A stretch of DNA of 64,000 nucleotides from an uncultured delta proteobacterium (GCA_963789265.1 CAWBKB010000006.1:32001-96000), one strand, 5' to 3'; counted from the stretch's first letter, positions 40,608 to 51,210 are shown. A program made the numbers and translations. The notes: generated by a model from the letters alone, not told the origin.

Positions 40608-41915
40608 TCATTTCTTGAAATTCCACCCCGGAAAGGTTTCCTTCATCCAGAACGTGCTAGCCACCACGATAACGGATGCTCCCAACAATACCAGCAGCAT
40701 GGCTCGATAGCCGGCAAGCGAGTATGCCCCGGATGCGACTTTGGGATACGCATCCAGGATCCGTCCGAGAATCGGCTGAAAAATCGCACCTCCTAGAAAC
40801 GGGAAGAGATTCACTGTGCCGACCGAGGTCCCCGCAATCTCAACCGGGAACAATTCCTTTGTGGTGGTGAAGCCGATCACCACCACGGCGGCCGACGAGA
40901 CCGACATCACAAAAAAGACTATGTACAGCCCCAATCTGGGGATATTCTGAGGGAATATACAGAGCACAAGCAGGTCAAGGAACAGTATGGCCGAAGCCAA
41001 GGTGAGGACTTCTTTTCTGCTGTGAAACACACGGTCGGACAAAAAGCTCACCAGAGGGCTGCCTACGATCATGCCTACTGCGATCATGTTGAGAACATGG
41101 CCGGCTTCGGAGCGGGTCATTCCGTACACCTGCATGAGATACGGGCCAGCCCACAGGCCCCCAAAACCGAAGAAAATCCCGCAAAGAAAAAAGAACCACA
41201 CCGCAATAGGCCAGAAGCTCTTTTCAGTAACGACACGGCGGGCCCCTTCCCAGGTGGATATGACAATGGGCGGTGCACAGGCACCCGGACCCAGATGATC
41301 TATTTCAGCAACCGACGGCCACCCCATGTCCTCGGGACGATTTCGAACGAACAACCACACAAGAACGGCTACAAGCAGCGTCCCCGCGGCTATAATCTCG
41401 AAGGACGCGCGCCACCCCACCCATCCGGTCATCAAGGCCAGGGGGCTTGCCGCAGTCAGCGCGCCTAAGCCTCCCATTGTTGTCAGGATAGCGGTCATAA
41501 AGGCGAATTCCCGGATCCTGAACCATTGGGATAGGATCTTCATGGTCGGTATAAACACCATAGATATGCCCAAGCCGACCATGACCCTGGAGGCAACGGC
41601 CACATCCAGGGTCGGAGCCATACCGAAGAGCAGGCTCCCAAGCGCGGCAATCATGAGAAACAAAGTCACGGTCTTGCGCGGGCCGAAAGAATCTGAAAGG
41701 AGACCGGCGGGGAACTGCATGAACGCGTAGGGGTAGAAGTACGCGGAAGCAAGAAGCCCCATAAAGCTCCCGGAGGTAGCGAAAGATTTCTGCAAGTCCA
41801 CAGCAACCACCGCGGGGCTCAACCTGTGGAAGTACACGAAAATGTAGGCCACGGCCATGATCCCAAAGATTAGCCAGCGGTAAGCGAGCACCTTGTCTGC
41901 GGGATTTTCGTCCAT
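40608..41915 (-). CDS. MFS transporter
   Basis: About 12 TM segments, GLLSDSFGPRK motif A, YFHR. Confidence 0.9.
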   Translation of the reverse strand: MDENPADKVLAYRWLIFGIMAVAYIFVYFHRLSPAVVAVDLQKSFATSGSFMGLLASAYFYPYAFMQFPAGLLSDSFGPRKTVTLFLMIAALGSLLFGMAPTLDVAVASRVMVGLGISMVFIPTMKILSQWFRIREFAFMTAILTTMGGLGALTAASPLALMTGWVGWRASFEIIAAGTLLVAVLVWLFVRNRPEDMGWPSVAEIDHLGPGACAPPIVISTWEGARRVVTEKSFWPIAVWFFFLCGIFFGFGGLWAGPYLMQVYGMTRSEAGHVLNMIAVGMIVGSPLVSFLSDRVFHSRKEVLTLASAILFLDLLVLCIFPQNIPRLGLYIVFFVMSVSSAAVVVIGFTTTKELFPVEIAGTSVGTVNLFPFLGGAIFQPILGRILDAYPKVASGAYSLAGYRAMLLVLLGASVIVVASTFWMKETFPGWNFKK

Positions 41916-42324
41916 TCGCTTTCTTTCGACAACGAGTTAGGGGAATTTCGCCGAGCCGATGGCAGCGAGTGATACAATATCAAATCAGACAACAGTTCCC
42001 CAGTGAAGATAGCGCGATAACAACAATTTTACAGATGCCGTCATTCTCGCGCACGCGGGAATCCATTGACCGCAGATTACGCAGATCACGCAGATAACAG
42101 AATATCGTTACTCTCGCGCACGCAGGAATCATTTTAGGGGCACCTCTTGTGGGTGCCCGTAAAAGGGCAGGCACAACCTTGCGTCTCGCTGGACATGCCT
42201 ACGGACTTCATTCCTTCGCCCCGTGAGCTTTGAGGAATTCCGCGATTTTCATAGCGCCGGCGGAGGAAGCCAGCATTAATGATGTCACGCCGCGCTCGGT
42301 CTTAGCATTATTTCTCGCTCACAG

Positions 42325-42445
42325 GCTCAGCCTGGGAATGCCTGCCATCGAGGCTCCGCCCCGACCCTGGCAGTAACATGGTGGCAGTTTGCGGGCATAG
42401 TCGCGCGTACCGCGGGATTGCCAGGCGGAGCTGGGGAACCAGGAC
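42325..42445. repeat. REP-like doublet (CAGGCTCAGCCTGGGAATG...CCAGGCGGAGCTGGGGAAC)
   Basis: Two related short hairpin units. Confidence 0.5.
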
Positions 42446-42537
42446 TCCCGATTTGCCCCGGTTCGTCACCGGAAGGGATGCAGTTCCCTCTCACTTCGTG
42501 CGGCCCCCACCTCTGGCCCGACTGCCTTTGTCCATTT

Positions 42538-42566
42538 TTGACACAGGCAGGCAGGCTTGTTATATT
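42538..42566 (+). promoter_or_regulatory. Sigma70 promoter of the moeA locus
   Basis: TTGACA-N17-TATATT with extended -10 TG. Confidence 0.65.
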
Positions 42567-42605
42567 TTTTGTGCGCAATTTTATCGCACGTCGAAAGACT
42601 TTATA

Positions 42606-42710
42606 ATGCTTAAACCTTTTCCGTGCGCACTCTCCCTTGAAGAAGCCAGGAGCTTGCTCAGGAATTTCGGCCCACTGGACACAGAGACCGTTCCCATTTT
42701 AGATGCTATT
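42606..42710 (+). pseudogene. Relic 5' end of a first moeA paralog
   Basis: MLKPFPCALSLEEARSLLRNFGPLDTETVPILDA resembles a MoeA N-terminus, then similarity stops. Confidence 0.55.
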
Positions 42711-42747
42711 GAGGACCGGCGACCTGCCGGATGGATCGAGGAGTCCC

Positions 42748-44679
42748 TTGAGAAGAAACATTCATCTGGATATGAAATCGCCGGAGGAAGCGCTGGCGAT
42801 ATTTTTGCAGCGCCTGAACAAGAGAACCTTTCCCGGAACTGAGACCGTCCCTGTCACCGAAGCCAAGGGCAGAGTGAGCGCAGAGGCGGTCTATGCCCGG
42901 CTCTCTTCGCCTCACGTTCATATTGCGGCCATGGACGGTTTTGCCGTCCACGCGGAGGGCACTATCGGCGCGGGGCCGGACAGTCCGATCTGCTTCCAAG
43001 TCTGGCGTGGAGCGTGGCCCATCAATACGGGGCGACCCATGCCGCCTGAAACAGACGCGGTGGTTATGATAGAGAACGTTCACTTCCTGGACGATAAGAG
43101 CTTCGAAATCGACCAAGCATTGGTCCCGTGGCAAAATGTCCGCCGCGTGGGTGAAGACTTTGTGGCCTCGGAGATGATCTTGCCGAGCCGCCACCCGATC
43201 TCGGCATACGACCTGGGAGCACTCATCGCAGGTGGCGTGTTTTCAGTGAAGGTGGTGGAAAAACCGACGGTGCTGCTGTTCCCGACCGGGTCGGAACTCG
43301 TCCCCGGAGAATCCCTGAGCCAAAAGCTACCCACGCGGGATCAGACTCTTGAATATAATACTGTCATTCTCAAGGCACTGGTAGAAGAAGCCGGCGGCAT
43401 CGGAATACGCGCCCCCATAGTGAGAGACGAATATGAAGTGGTCAAGGACGCTATCCTACAAGGCGTCCATTCGGATGCTCACCTGATCGTCATAAATGCC
43501 GGGTCGTCCGCGGGGAGCGAGGACTACACCGCGGCAGCCATCAGTGAAGTCGGTGAAGTGCTGGTTCACGGAGTGTCCATGATGCCCGGCAAGCCGACGA
43601 TTCTAGGGATAGTCGAGGAAAAGCCGGTCATGGGGAACCCGGGGTATCCTGTTTCGGCTGTTCTCTCTTTCGAGATGTTCGGGGTTCCGGTGCTCGAAGT
43701 CATGCAGGGACTTCCCCACCGCACCAGGCCGACCATAAGCGCGGTCACCACCAGAAAGATACCCTCAAAGCAGGGACGCGAGGAGTTCTATCGGGTCAAG
43801 CTTGGGAAGGTTGGAGATCGAGTTCTCGCTGCCCCGCTTCCACGAGGCGCGGGGTCCATCACTTCGTTGACCAAAGCGGATGGCCTCGTCCGCATCCCCT
43901 CGCGAAGCGAAGGAGTGGGCCAGGCTGTCCCGGTACAGGTGGAATTGTTGAGAGATCCCGGGCGAATCGACCGCACTCTTGTAGTCACGGGAAGCCACGA
44001 TTTGACCCTGGACCTACTCGCGGACGAGCTTGTGCAACACAATGTATTCCTCACATCGAATCATGTCGGAAGTCTCGGGGGCTTGTTGGCACTCAGGAGC
44101 CACAGCGCACATTTTGCCACCTCTCACCTCCTGGACCCTGAGAGCGGTGTGTACAACTGGCCCTATATTCACAAGTATATTCCCGAGATTCCGGTAAGGG
44201 TTTTCCACGGTGGTACGAGGGAGCAAGGCTTCATCGTGCTCAGAGGCAATCCCAAAGCCATACGAAGTTTTGAAGACTTGCTGCGGGAGGACGTAACCTT
44301 TATCAATCGACAAGCGGGCGCGGGAACGCGAGTGCTTCTCGATTACCATCTGGATTTGCGCGGCTTGGATCACGCAAACATTCGCGGCTATCAGATGGAG
44401 GAGTATACCCACACGACTGTTGCAGCGGCTGTACTTTCGGGCGTGGCCGATGTAGGCATGGGGGTCCTGGCCGCGGCTCGGGCCCTGGGCTTGGATTTCA
44501 TACCGATCACAACCGAGCAGTACGACTTTGTGATTCCCGAGGAGTATCTAGGCGATGAAAAGATCGTCACGCTGTTGGATGTGATGAGAGGAGAGACGTT
44601 CAAACAACGGGTGCTGGCCCTTGGTGGATACGGTGTGGAGCGTACCGGCGAGGAAGTGTCACCGCCCGCCCCAATATAA
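42748..44679 (+). CDS. moeA: Molybdopterin molybdotransferase MoeA fused to a C-terminal PBP domain
   Basis: AAMDGFAV, TGSEL, GSSAGSEDY, PGKP, GNPGYPVS; PBP part GSHD, FINRQAGAGTR. GAGGAG SD precedes TTG 42748. Confidence 0.9.
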   Translation: MRRNIHLDMKSPEEALAIFLQRLNKRTFPGTETVPVTEAKGRVSAEAVYARLSSPHVHIAAMDGFAVHAEGTIGAGPDSPICFQVWRGAWPINTGRPMPPETDAVVMIENVHFLDDKSFEIDQALVPWQNVRRVGEDFVASEMILPSRHPISAYDLGALIAGGVFSVKVVEKPTVLLFPTGSELVPGESLSQKLPTRDQTLEYNTVILKALVEEAGGIGIRAPIVRDEYEVVKDAILQGVHSDAHLIVINAGSSAGSEDYTAAAISEVGEVLVHGVSMMPGKPTILGIVEEKPVMGNPGYPVSAVLSFEMFGVPVLEVMQGLPHRTRPTISAVTTRKIPSKQGREEFYRVKLGKVGDRVLAAPLPRGAGSITSLTKADGLVRIPSRSEGVGQAVPVQVELLRDPGRIDRTLVVTGSHDLTLDLLADELVQHNVFLTSNHVGSLGGLLALRSHSAHFATSHLLDPESGVYNWPYIHKYIPEIPVRVFHGGTREQGFIVLRGNPKAIRSFEDLLREDVTFINRQAGAGTRVLLDYHLDLRGLDHANIRGYQMEEYTHTTVAAAVLSGVADVGMGVLAAARALGLDFIPITTEQYDFVIPEEYLGDEKIVTLLDVMRGETFKQRVLALGGYGVERTGEEVSPPAPI

Positions 44680-45268
44680 ATCGGAACTGTTCACTTGGCA
44701 AAGATTGCGATTGTGGGGTGGACTTTCCAGTCCGCCGTTCCCCCGGCAAAGAAACTTGACTTACATTGCGAGGGCCTCAGCCCGCAATCTCATACCGATT
44801 CGGTGTCAAACAAGTGAGAATGGGCCGATAGCAAACAACACTGACCTGGCACCATGATGGTGCTCAGGTCAGTGGCACCCAGCATCCAGTCAAGATCGGG
44901 TCCTGGGTGCCACGGATCTGGGCTTTGTCAGATCCGTGCTGTATTTCCTTGATTGTTCACCGTTTGATCGCGCACTAATACCAGACACTGCTTCTTTGCC
45001 AACGACAAAAATCCAAAATAAATTGCCATCAACTCGGATTTTTTCGGAACCCTCCATTTAGGTTGGTGTCTGATTCGCTAACACCTACCTTATAGATGAT
45101 TTGTCGGTGAGAGGCCCTGTTGTTCCTACCATGCACGTGGGCCTTTCGTTTTTGTGCCTTTTGTCAGCATGTCATGAAGCCATCTCCACTCCGGTCACAA
45201 TGACCTTTCACGAGATGCAACCGGGGCTGTGATCTCGGACGTTGCCTGTCCACGTTCATAACAGCATT

Positions 45269-45375
45269 CTATAGGTGGCCCCGTGCGGGATGAACGTAAA
45301 TCATCGTAGTCTTGATCTCCTTATGCCTCAGCCCCAACGCGAACGTTTTTCGCAAGGTGTGGTGCCCCGCGAAGT
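45269..45375 (-). pseudogene. Possible tyrosine-recombinase C-terminal relic
   Basis: HTLRKTFA and HKEIKTTMIYVH match the HxLR box and the catalytic Tyr box, with the intervening residues missing. Confidence 0.45.
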
Positions 45376-45610
45376 GGTTCGAGGAATGAGAGCCAATTGA
45401 TAAGATGTTATCCGACATTTCTCCCTTTATTTCGTAGAGTGTCTTGTCAAGCGATATGCACAGCGCGAAAATCTGAGCAGGAGGATAGGTATGGTGAAGT
45501 TCCAACCATTTTGTGCAACATCGGATTATTTGGCGACAAGACAGAGAAATTCATGTATCGCGATCAACCAACTCGTATAATGTAGAAAATGACGTGACAC
45601 CGTGTTTTTA

Positions 45611-45718
45611 GTGGGACAGGCATCTTGCCTGTCGTCATGCCCGCGTACGCGGGTATCCAGACTGGACCCCGGATCGAAGTCCGGGGTGACGAATGGCAGG
45701 CAGGATGCCTGCCCCACC
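45611..45718. repeat. Nested REP-like doublet
   Basis: GTGGGACAGGCATCTTGCCTGTC...GGCAGGCAGGATGCCTGCCCCAC enclosing a GACCCCGGATCGAAGTCCGGGGTGAC hairpin. Confidence 0.65.
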
Positions 45719-45833
45719 ATATCCTCGCGGGGATTGTCACTTGTTTGATGGCGCACTGGTGTCAGATGATCGGGAGCGGTGAAAAGGAAAGTAAGGCAAT
45801 TCCACTTTGCAACAGGACAAATGGGAGATCGGA

Positions 45834-46574
45834 GTGAGCACAAGAATCAAGAATAATCTCTGGCAAGTGGGCGGACGCGGGCTGACTGACCCAGCGGACG
45901 CAGCCATCTACCTCGTACGTTTTGGCGACAAAGCGGCTCTTGTTGATGCAGGCACCGGGCGAGGTCAGCAGCAATTGAGAAGAAACATTGCCGAATGCCT
46001 GGAACCAAATGTGCAACTAGAATACCTTTTGTTGACTCACTGTCACTTCGATCATGTCGGCGGGGCCGAGGCCGTCAGACACGAATATGACTGCCAAATT
46101 GTGGCTCATGAATTGGATGCGATTTATCTCGAATCGGGCGACAGTCGCGTGACTGGAGCCGCCCGATGTGGGGCTCATCTAGAACCCTTCGCCATCGATG
46201 TCAAATTGCAGGGCCAAGAATCGACCCTTGCAATCGGTAGCGGTACCGTAACAGCCATTCACTGCCCGGGTCACTCTCCTGGTTCGGTTGTTTATACTAC
46301 AGACATTGACGGCCAGCTTATCCTTTTCGGGCAAGACATCAGCGGTCCGATCCATTCGGAATTCCTGTCTGATGAAGAACAGTATCTGGCGTCGTTGGAA
46401 AGACTTGTAAACTTGAATGCCGATCTTCTTCTCGAAGGCCATTTCGGAATCATCGAAACAAAAAAAGAAGTGCGAGAATTTATTGAGTATTGGAGATCGC
46501 CGCTAGGAGGCTCTCTGTACGCTGTTTTGTACTCTCCGAATTATTCGGCACCTGGACTCAAACCCATCAAATAG
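45834..46574 (+). CDS. MBL-fold metallo-hydrolase
   Basis: LVDAG, THCHFDHVGG, PGHSPG, EGH. Confidence 0.9.
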   Translation: MSTRIKNNLWQVGGRGLTDPADAAIYLVRFGDKAALVDAGTGRGQQQLRRNIAECLEPNVQLEYLLLTHCHFDHVGGAEAVRHEYDCQIVAHELDAIYLESGDSRVTGAARCGAHLEPFAIDVKLQGQESTLAIGSGTVTAIHCPGHSPGSVVYTTDIDGQLILFGQDISGPIHSEFLSDEEQYLASLERLVNLNADLLLEGHFGIIETKKEVREFIEYWRSPLGGSLYAVLYSPNYSAPGLKPIK

Positions 46575-46623
46575 CCGAAATTCCTAGAACAACCACACCA
46601 ACTATCATCTCTAAACGGAATTA

Positions 46624-47184
46624 TTACATCCAACTGATCACGTACGTGCAGGACTCATTTCCTTTCTTGCGGCAAGGTTGAGAGTCGTCGTGTCTGACTA
46701 TAACATCGCGGAATTCTGGCAGTTTAAACCTCGTGGCGAATCCTTCAATTACACCTCGATCGAACGCACACGGATAGGGATTTTGACAGGTTATTGTTGC
46801 CTTCTGCAACCCGCCCTGAGTGCCAAGAAATTTGTACTGGTACCGGCCTATTTCGCCGCCTCTGTGGTTCATGTGATAAGCCACGTCTATGGATGACAAA
46901 CACGTCTGCAGATCATCTATTCCGGGGGGTAGCACCGCGTGAAGCGCAATCTGTTCCCCAATGCGATAAAGCATTTGTGCGGAGAAGGTATCCGAGATAT
47001 CCTTCATAGCATCGAGAAAACGTTGAAGTGGGTAGAAATTCTTGGGTCTCGGGTCTGACAGCCCGTGCTTCCCCAGAATAAGGAGACCCGACGATCTAAA
47101 TTCCTGCGGGAAGCCGGCCAGAAATGCCATCAGTACCTCTCCCGTGACCTCTACTTTGGACGAAAACGATTTGAATTCAGCCAT
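46624..47184 (-). CDS. V4R-like Cys-containing small-ligand-binding hypothetical protein
   Basis: CQNPYPCAFDRG...CRKKGNESCTYVISW; AGGAG SD. Confidence 0.65.
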   Translation of the reverse strand: MAEFKSFSSKVEVTGEVLMAFLAGFPQEFRSSGLLILGKHGLSDPRPKNFYPLQRFLDAMKDISDTFSAQMLYRIGEQIALHAVLPPGIDDLQTCLSSIDVAYHMNHRGGEIGRYQYKFLGTQGGLQKATITCQNPYPCAFDRGVIEGFATRFKLPEFRDVIVRHDDSQPCRKKGNESCTYVISWM

Positions 47185-47794
47185 GATCTCTGCACTCCTA
47201 TTTTATTTCGCTGAACAGAGTCACCTTGAACGCTGCGGTTCATCCAATTTTCAGGGTCCATTATACACCCTACGGCGACTTCCCGATAAGTTTTGTCCTT
47301 CAAGACATTTTAGCCGCCATTGCTCAGTTTGCGGCATGACGACATGCAAGGGCGGGTTTGAAACCCGCCCCTATCAGAAACGCTGTGTCACTTGCTTGAA
47401 AGGGAATCGGTACTATAGGCACTTGCCTATTGGCTGACCCTTCGAATTCCGGCGAGCACCCTGCCCAAATTGACATCTCGATTCTTGGAATTGAGTTTAG
47501 AGTTTCCTAGTGATCGCATGATTATGACGGCATTAGCATCTGATTAATTTTCGCGGCACCGACTGAGTATTTGCGAACATGCGCAGAATTGACAAGATTT
47601 ATCGTGGATGGACAAGAGTACTGGCCGTGCTCGTCCTACGAATAGCATGATAATGTTCGGACTATCGGCTCAGCAAAGGCATTTGCTGGATGAGTAGAGA
47701 ATTGGCTGCAAGCCGTGCATGTGTCTCGAACGATGCCGTTCTTGCCGCGATTTGCGAAGTTGCTGCATCCTCCTCCGCCACCTTGTTTTCCTGA

Positions 47795-48778
47795 TCAGTC
47801 GGCAGTTTCACTCAGTTTCTCCAGAGTTTCAGTGGCCACCTCCAAGTATTGCGGATCGATGTCAAACCCGATCATGCTCACATTTAGGCGGGCGCAAGCC
47901 ACTGCTGTGTTGCCTATGCCCAAAAACGGGTCGAGCACTAGAGTCACTCGGGCGAGCCCATGAAGCTTCAAGCACATCCCGGCAAGCTCGGGTGGGAAAC
48001 AGGCTGGATGAGGCCGATCTGTAGAACGCTTCTGAATAGTTGAATAGGGAATGTACCAGTTGTTTCCGCGGCAGCGCACTCCCGCTCCTGCTGATTTCCA
48101 GCGGGTGATGTTCGATGAATCCTTATAGGGCGCCCCTATGGCTTCCCTGTCCAATGGGACCTTGCCTGTCCTCGTAAAATGGAACACGTACTCGTGGGCA
48201 TCGTTGATAAACCGAGTGCTGTTGATCGGCTTGAAGTGTCCGACGACCAGCGAAGTATGTTCATCGTAGCTGGAATTTTCGATGTAGATGGATTTGATCC
48301 AATGGATGACGTTTTGAAGGGAAAGCGTACCCCGCAGCCGGTTCGCGACATCAAAAGGCACCCACGGATCTGAAGGTTTCGACCCTACGTTCAAGAAGAG
48401 CGATCCGTCGGGCTTCAGAACTCTCCGGACCTTTGTTCCCCACTCCCCGATCCAGTCGAGGTAGGCATCTCGCGGGATGCGATCGTCATATTTGCCGTAA
48501 TTGACCCCGATGTTGTAAGGCGGAGAAGTGACGATCACATCAATCGATTCGGGTTGTAGCAGTTGCTCCATTCCAAGGAAACAGTCACCGAGGTACAAGC
48601 CAATTTCCTTGTCACCCGTAAGGACAAACCTGGAGAATACTCTAGGCTCAGATTCATGGACTTCTCCGGCGATGTCTACGGGTTCACGCTTGTTCAGAAC
48701 CTTGCCCTGTTTCTCTCTGCTATCGCTCTGGAACAAGGGCAACTGATCGCCCATTTCAAAAAGCTTGCCTGAGTCCAA
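47795..48778 (-). CDS. N4-cytosine/N6-adenine DNA methyltransferase (beta class)
   Basis: TSPPYN precedes HPACFP and LDPFLGIG. Confidence 0.9.
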   Translation of the reverse strand: MDSGKLFEMGDQLPLFQSDSREKQGKVLNKREPVDIAGEVHESEPRVFSRFVLTGDKEIGLYLGDCFLGMEQLLQPESIDVIVTSPPYNIGVNYGKYDDRIPRDAYLDWIGEWGTKVRRVLKPDGSLFLNVGSKPSDPWVPFDVANRLRGTLSLQNVIHWIKSIYIENSSYDEHTSLVVGHFKPINSTRFINDAHEYVFHFTRTGKVPLDREAIGAPYKDSSNITRWKSAGAGVRCRGNNWYIPYSTIQKRSTDRPHPACFPPELAGMCLKLHGLARVTLVLDPFLGIGNTAVACARLNVSMIGFDIDPQYLEVATETLEKLSETAD

Positions 48779-48986
48779 ACGTTTCTCTTCTCGTACGCAT
48801 TTTGTCTTGACCAGAAGCTAGCTAATTCCGAGTTCTGTGTCAACTAGGATCGGATTTCAGCGGTAATAATTCAGTTACGAGCGGCGGAAGATTGTCATTG
48901 CTTCGTCCCGCGGAACGCGGGACGAAGCAATCTTTTCCTTTATTAGCAATTGTCAAAATTTCTGTCCGATTTGCGGTAATGTAATC

Positions 48987-49145
48987 GTCACCCCGGACTC
49001 CGATCCGGGGTCCAGATCCTGGATTCCGGCTCCTGCCCCGGACACCAGTCCGGAGCTGGCCGGAATGACGAACGAGAGGCCCTGCGAGTGGATTGCCTGG
49101 TTCCTCGTCTCCTCGTTTCAACAGGACATCATTTTGGACAACCAC
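48987..49145. repeat. About 160-bp dispersed repeat, copy 2 (inverted)
   Basis: Reverse complement of 13253-13411. Confidence 0.85.
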
Positions 49146-49205
49146 TCTATACTATGGCACACTTTGTGATAAGATCTCTTCAGAACCCTCTGGAGGTAAT
49201 CGGCA

Positions 49206-49487
49206 ATGACTGAATCTACGGAAACTTGCGCTCGCGAAGATATTCAGTCGGCTTTGGACCGAGCCTTTGGCAACAAGGAACGAGTAAAGGTTGTTTGCGG
49301 CGGCAAGGAGATCGCCGCGGTCATTCCTCTGTAGGGCCTGGAGTTGCTCGAGGAACTCGAAGACCTTTTGGATCTAGTGGAGGCGCTTGAAGCAATTGCT
49401 GAAGCCAAGCGGGAGGGCGGTATCCTGCCTTGGCAGGAATTTAAGAATCAGCTAGGCATCTCGTCGAGTGAGCGCAAAATATGTTGA
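49206..49487 (+). pseudogene. Phd/YefM-like antitoxin with in-frame TAG at 49332 (absent from the ORF track)
   Basis: GGAGGT SD; ...AFGNKERVKVVCGGKEIAAVIPL*GLELLEELEDLLDLVEALEAIAEAKREGGILPWQEFKNQLG. Confidence 0.7.
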
Positions 49488-49521
49488 ACTCCGCGAGCTA
49501 TTGATTGGCACAAGCGCCCGC

Positions 49522-51210
49522 CTATTTTTCCGTCTTAATATGGAGATCTCGCTGCGGGAATGGGATCTGTATTCCGTTACTCTGAAATTCCTCGTAAATC
49601 GCCCAGTTCAGCCCATGAATCGTCTCGCCTCTGAGTTCCGGTAAATGTATCCAGCACAACAGCTCAAGTTCGAGAGCTGAGTCGCCGAAGCTCCGAAATC
49701 GAACGCGTGGCACCGGGTCGGACAAGACAGTTTTGTTGTCCTCCGCAACTCTTAACAATATATGTTCGACTTTTTGAAGATCAGAGCCATAAGCCACTCC
49801 GACCTTGATCCGGATTCTAGACATTGGAACAGGCGCACTCTCGTTTATCATCTTTGAATTGGCAATGACCGAGTTTGGAATAGAAATCAGTATGTCGTCC
49901 CTCGTCCGAATGCGTGTGCTTCGAAGGCCCACTGCGGCAACCTCGCCGCGTTCCCCCTCACCGAGGACAATGTAATCGCCGAGCTTAAACGGCCGGTCAA
50001 GAATGATCATGATGCTTCCGATGACATTGGATAGCGCCTCCCGGCCCGCCAGTGCTACGGCAATACCGCCGACTCCCAGTCCGGTAACCAAAGAATAAGT
50101 CGGCAGACCCAATCGAGCGCCAAGATGTATTACCACAATACCGATGACGATCAGCGTTACTATTTGAAAACTCAGGCGAATGAGCTGCGCATCCGTACCG
50201 CCTCTAACAAATCCTCCCACTGACACAAACGCGTCCGCGATTCGATTGAGTATGGCGCCAATCAACCATATTATCCCAACATAAGATACGAGCAAGAACA
50301 CCAGTGCTACCGGCACGTAAGCATCGGCATTAAGAAATCGCAAGCCGTAGATCAGAAACCAGAGGCCGGTTCTTGCAAAGATGATGAGGGTAACAGGCAG
50401 AATCAGGCCACCCGCAATATGTCGCAAGCTAGTGTCAAGTTTCCTGTCCAACGCGTCGAAAGCCGCGCCGAAACCCTTGTACAGGAGCAAAACTATGCCG
50501 GCTCCGATGAACAAATAAAGGGCGAGGCCAAACCATTGCCACATGGCTTGCCCGTAGATGCCCGCTTTGGCCCAGTTCGGCAAACGGTCTACAAATGTCT
50601 TTGGCACAATCAGGCTTCCAGAGATCTTCAACTGCTCCAATAGCGCCCCGCCGCCGGATCCGGGCTTAAACGGCAAATTCTTTATCTTAAGGTAATATTT
50701 TTCCGCGTTTGCGACCGTGTCAATCGTGAAGAGGAATCGTGTGATTGACGAGGCGTCTTTCACTGCCGCTAGGCTGATCTCCGTGTTTGGAATTGTCCAA
50801 GTGGATATTTTTTGAATTTCCACGGCGTTGGCATCGGGAATGTCCGCGTATGGCGGGATATCAACGCGATCAAGTGTTTCTTTGAGGTACAAGGCAGCAT
50901 AGAATCCCGTCATGAGTCTCAGGGCGGGGGGTTCTTTTTCAAGATTAAGGCATCGCATCGCCCGCTTGATGAAAGTTAATGCCTCCGGCCTATTGCGGTT
51001 TTTGAATGCATCAGCAGCCTGGTTTGAACTCTCCAGGAATGTCTTGAGCGTTGCTCTCGGACTTGACGTGTCCGGGGGCGCCAGGGGGTTGCCCATTTGG
51101 GTTGCTCCGGCAGTGTTCCCGCCGGTCCACAACAACAGCAGACAAAGTATTGTCATGAAGCCATGAACGCGCGCACTCAATGAATTAGCTCCGTAAGCTG
51201 GATTTTCCAT
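49522..51210 (-). CDS. MscS-family mechanosensitive channel with periplasmic N-terminal domain
   Basis: DTSSPRATL; GLGVGGIAVALA, DRPFKLGD, GLRSTRIR, IPFPQRDL. Confidence 0.9.
   Translation of the reverse strand: MENPAYGANSLSARVHGFMTILCLLLLWTGGNTAGATQMGNPLAPPDTSSPRATLKTFLESSNQAADAFKNRNRPEALTFIKRAMRCLNLEKEPPALRLMTGFYAALYLKETLDRVDIPPYADIPDANAVEIQKISTWTIPNTEISLAAVKDASSITRFLFTIDTVANAEKYYLKIKNLPFKPGSGGGALLEQLKISGSLIVPKTFVDRLPNWAKAGIYGQAMWQWFGLALYLFIGAGIVLLLYKGFGAAFDALDRKLDTSLRHIAGGLILPVTLIIFARTGLWFLIYGLRFLNADAYVPVALVFLLVSYVGIIWLIGAILNRIADAFVSVGGFVRGGTDAQLIRLSFQIVTLIVIGIVVIHLGARLGLPTYSLVTGLGVGGIAVALAGREALSNVIGSIMIILDRPFKLGDYIVLGEGERGEVAAVGLRSTRIRTRDDILISIPNSVIANSKMINESAPVPMSRIRIKVGVAYGSDLQKVEHILLRVAEDNKTVLSDPVPRVRFRSFGDSALELELLCWIHLPELRGETIHGLNWAIYEEFQSNGIQIPFPQRDLHIKTEK

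Noticed and set aside
42325..42530. Possible Moco riboswitch, cobalamin riboswitch or SRP RNA upstream of moeA/MFS
   Set aside because: Only loose resemblance. The first half is a REP-like doublet, and the region lies upstream of the predicted moeA promoter, so it would not be in the leader.
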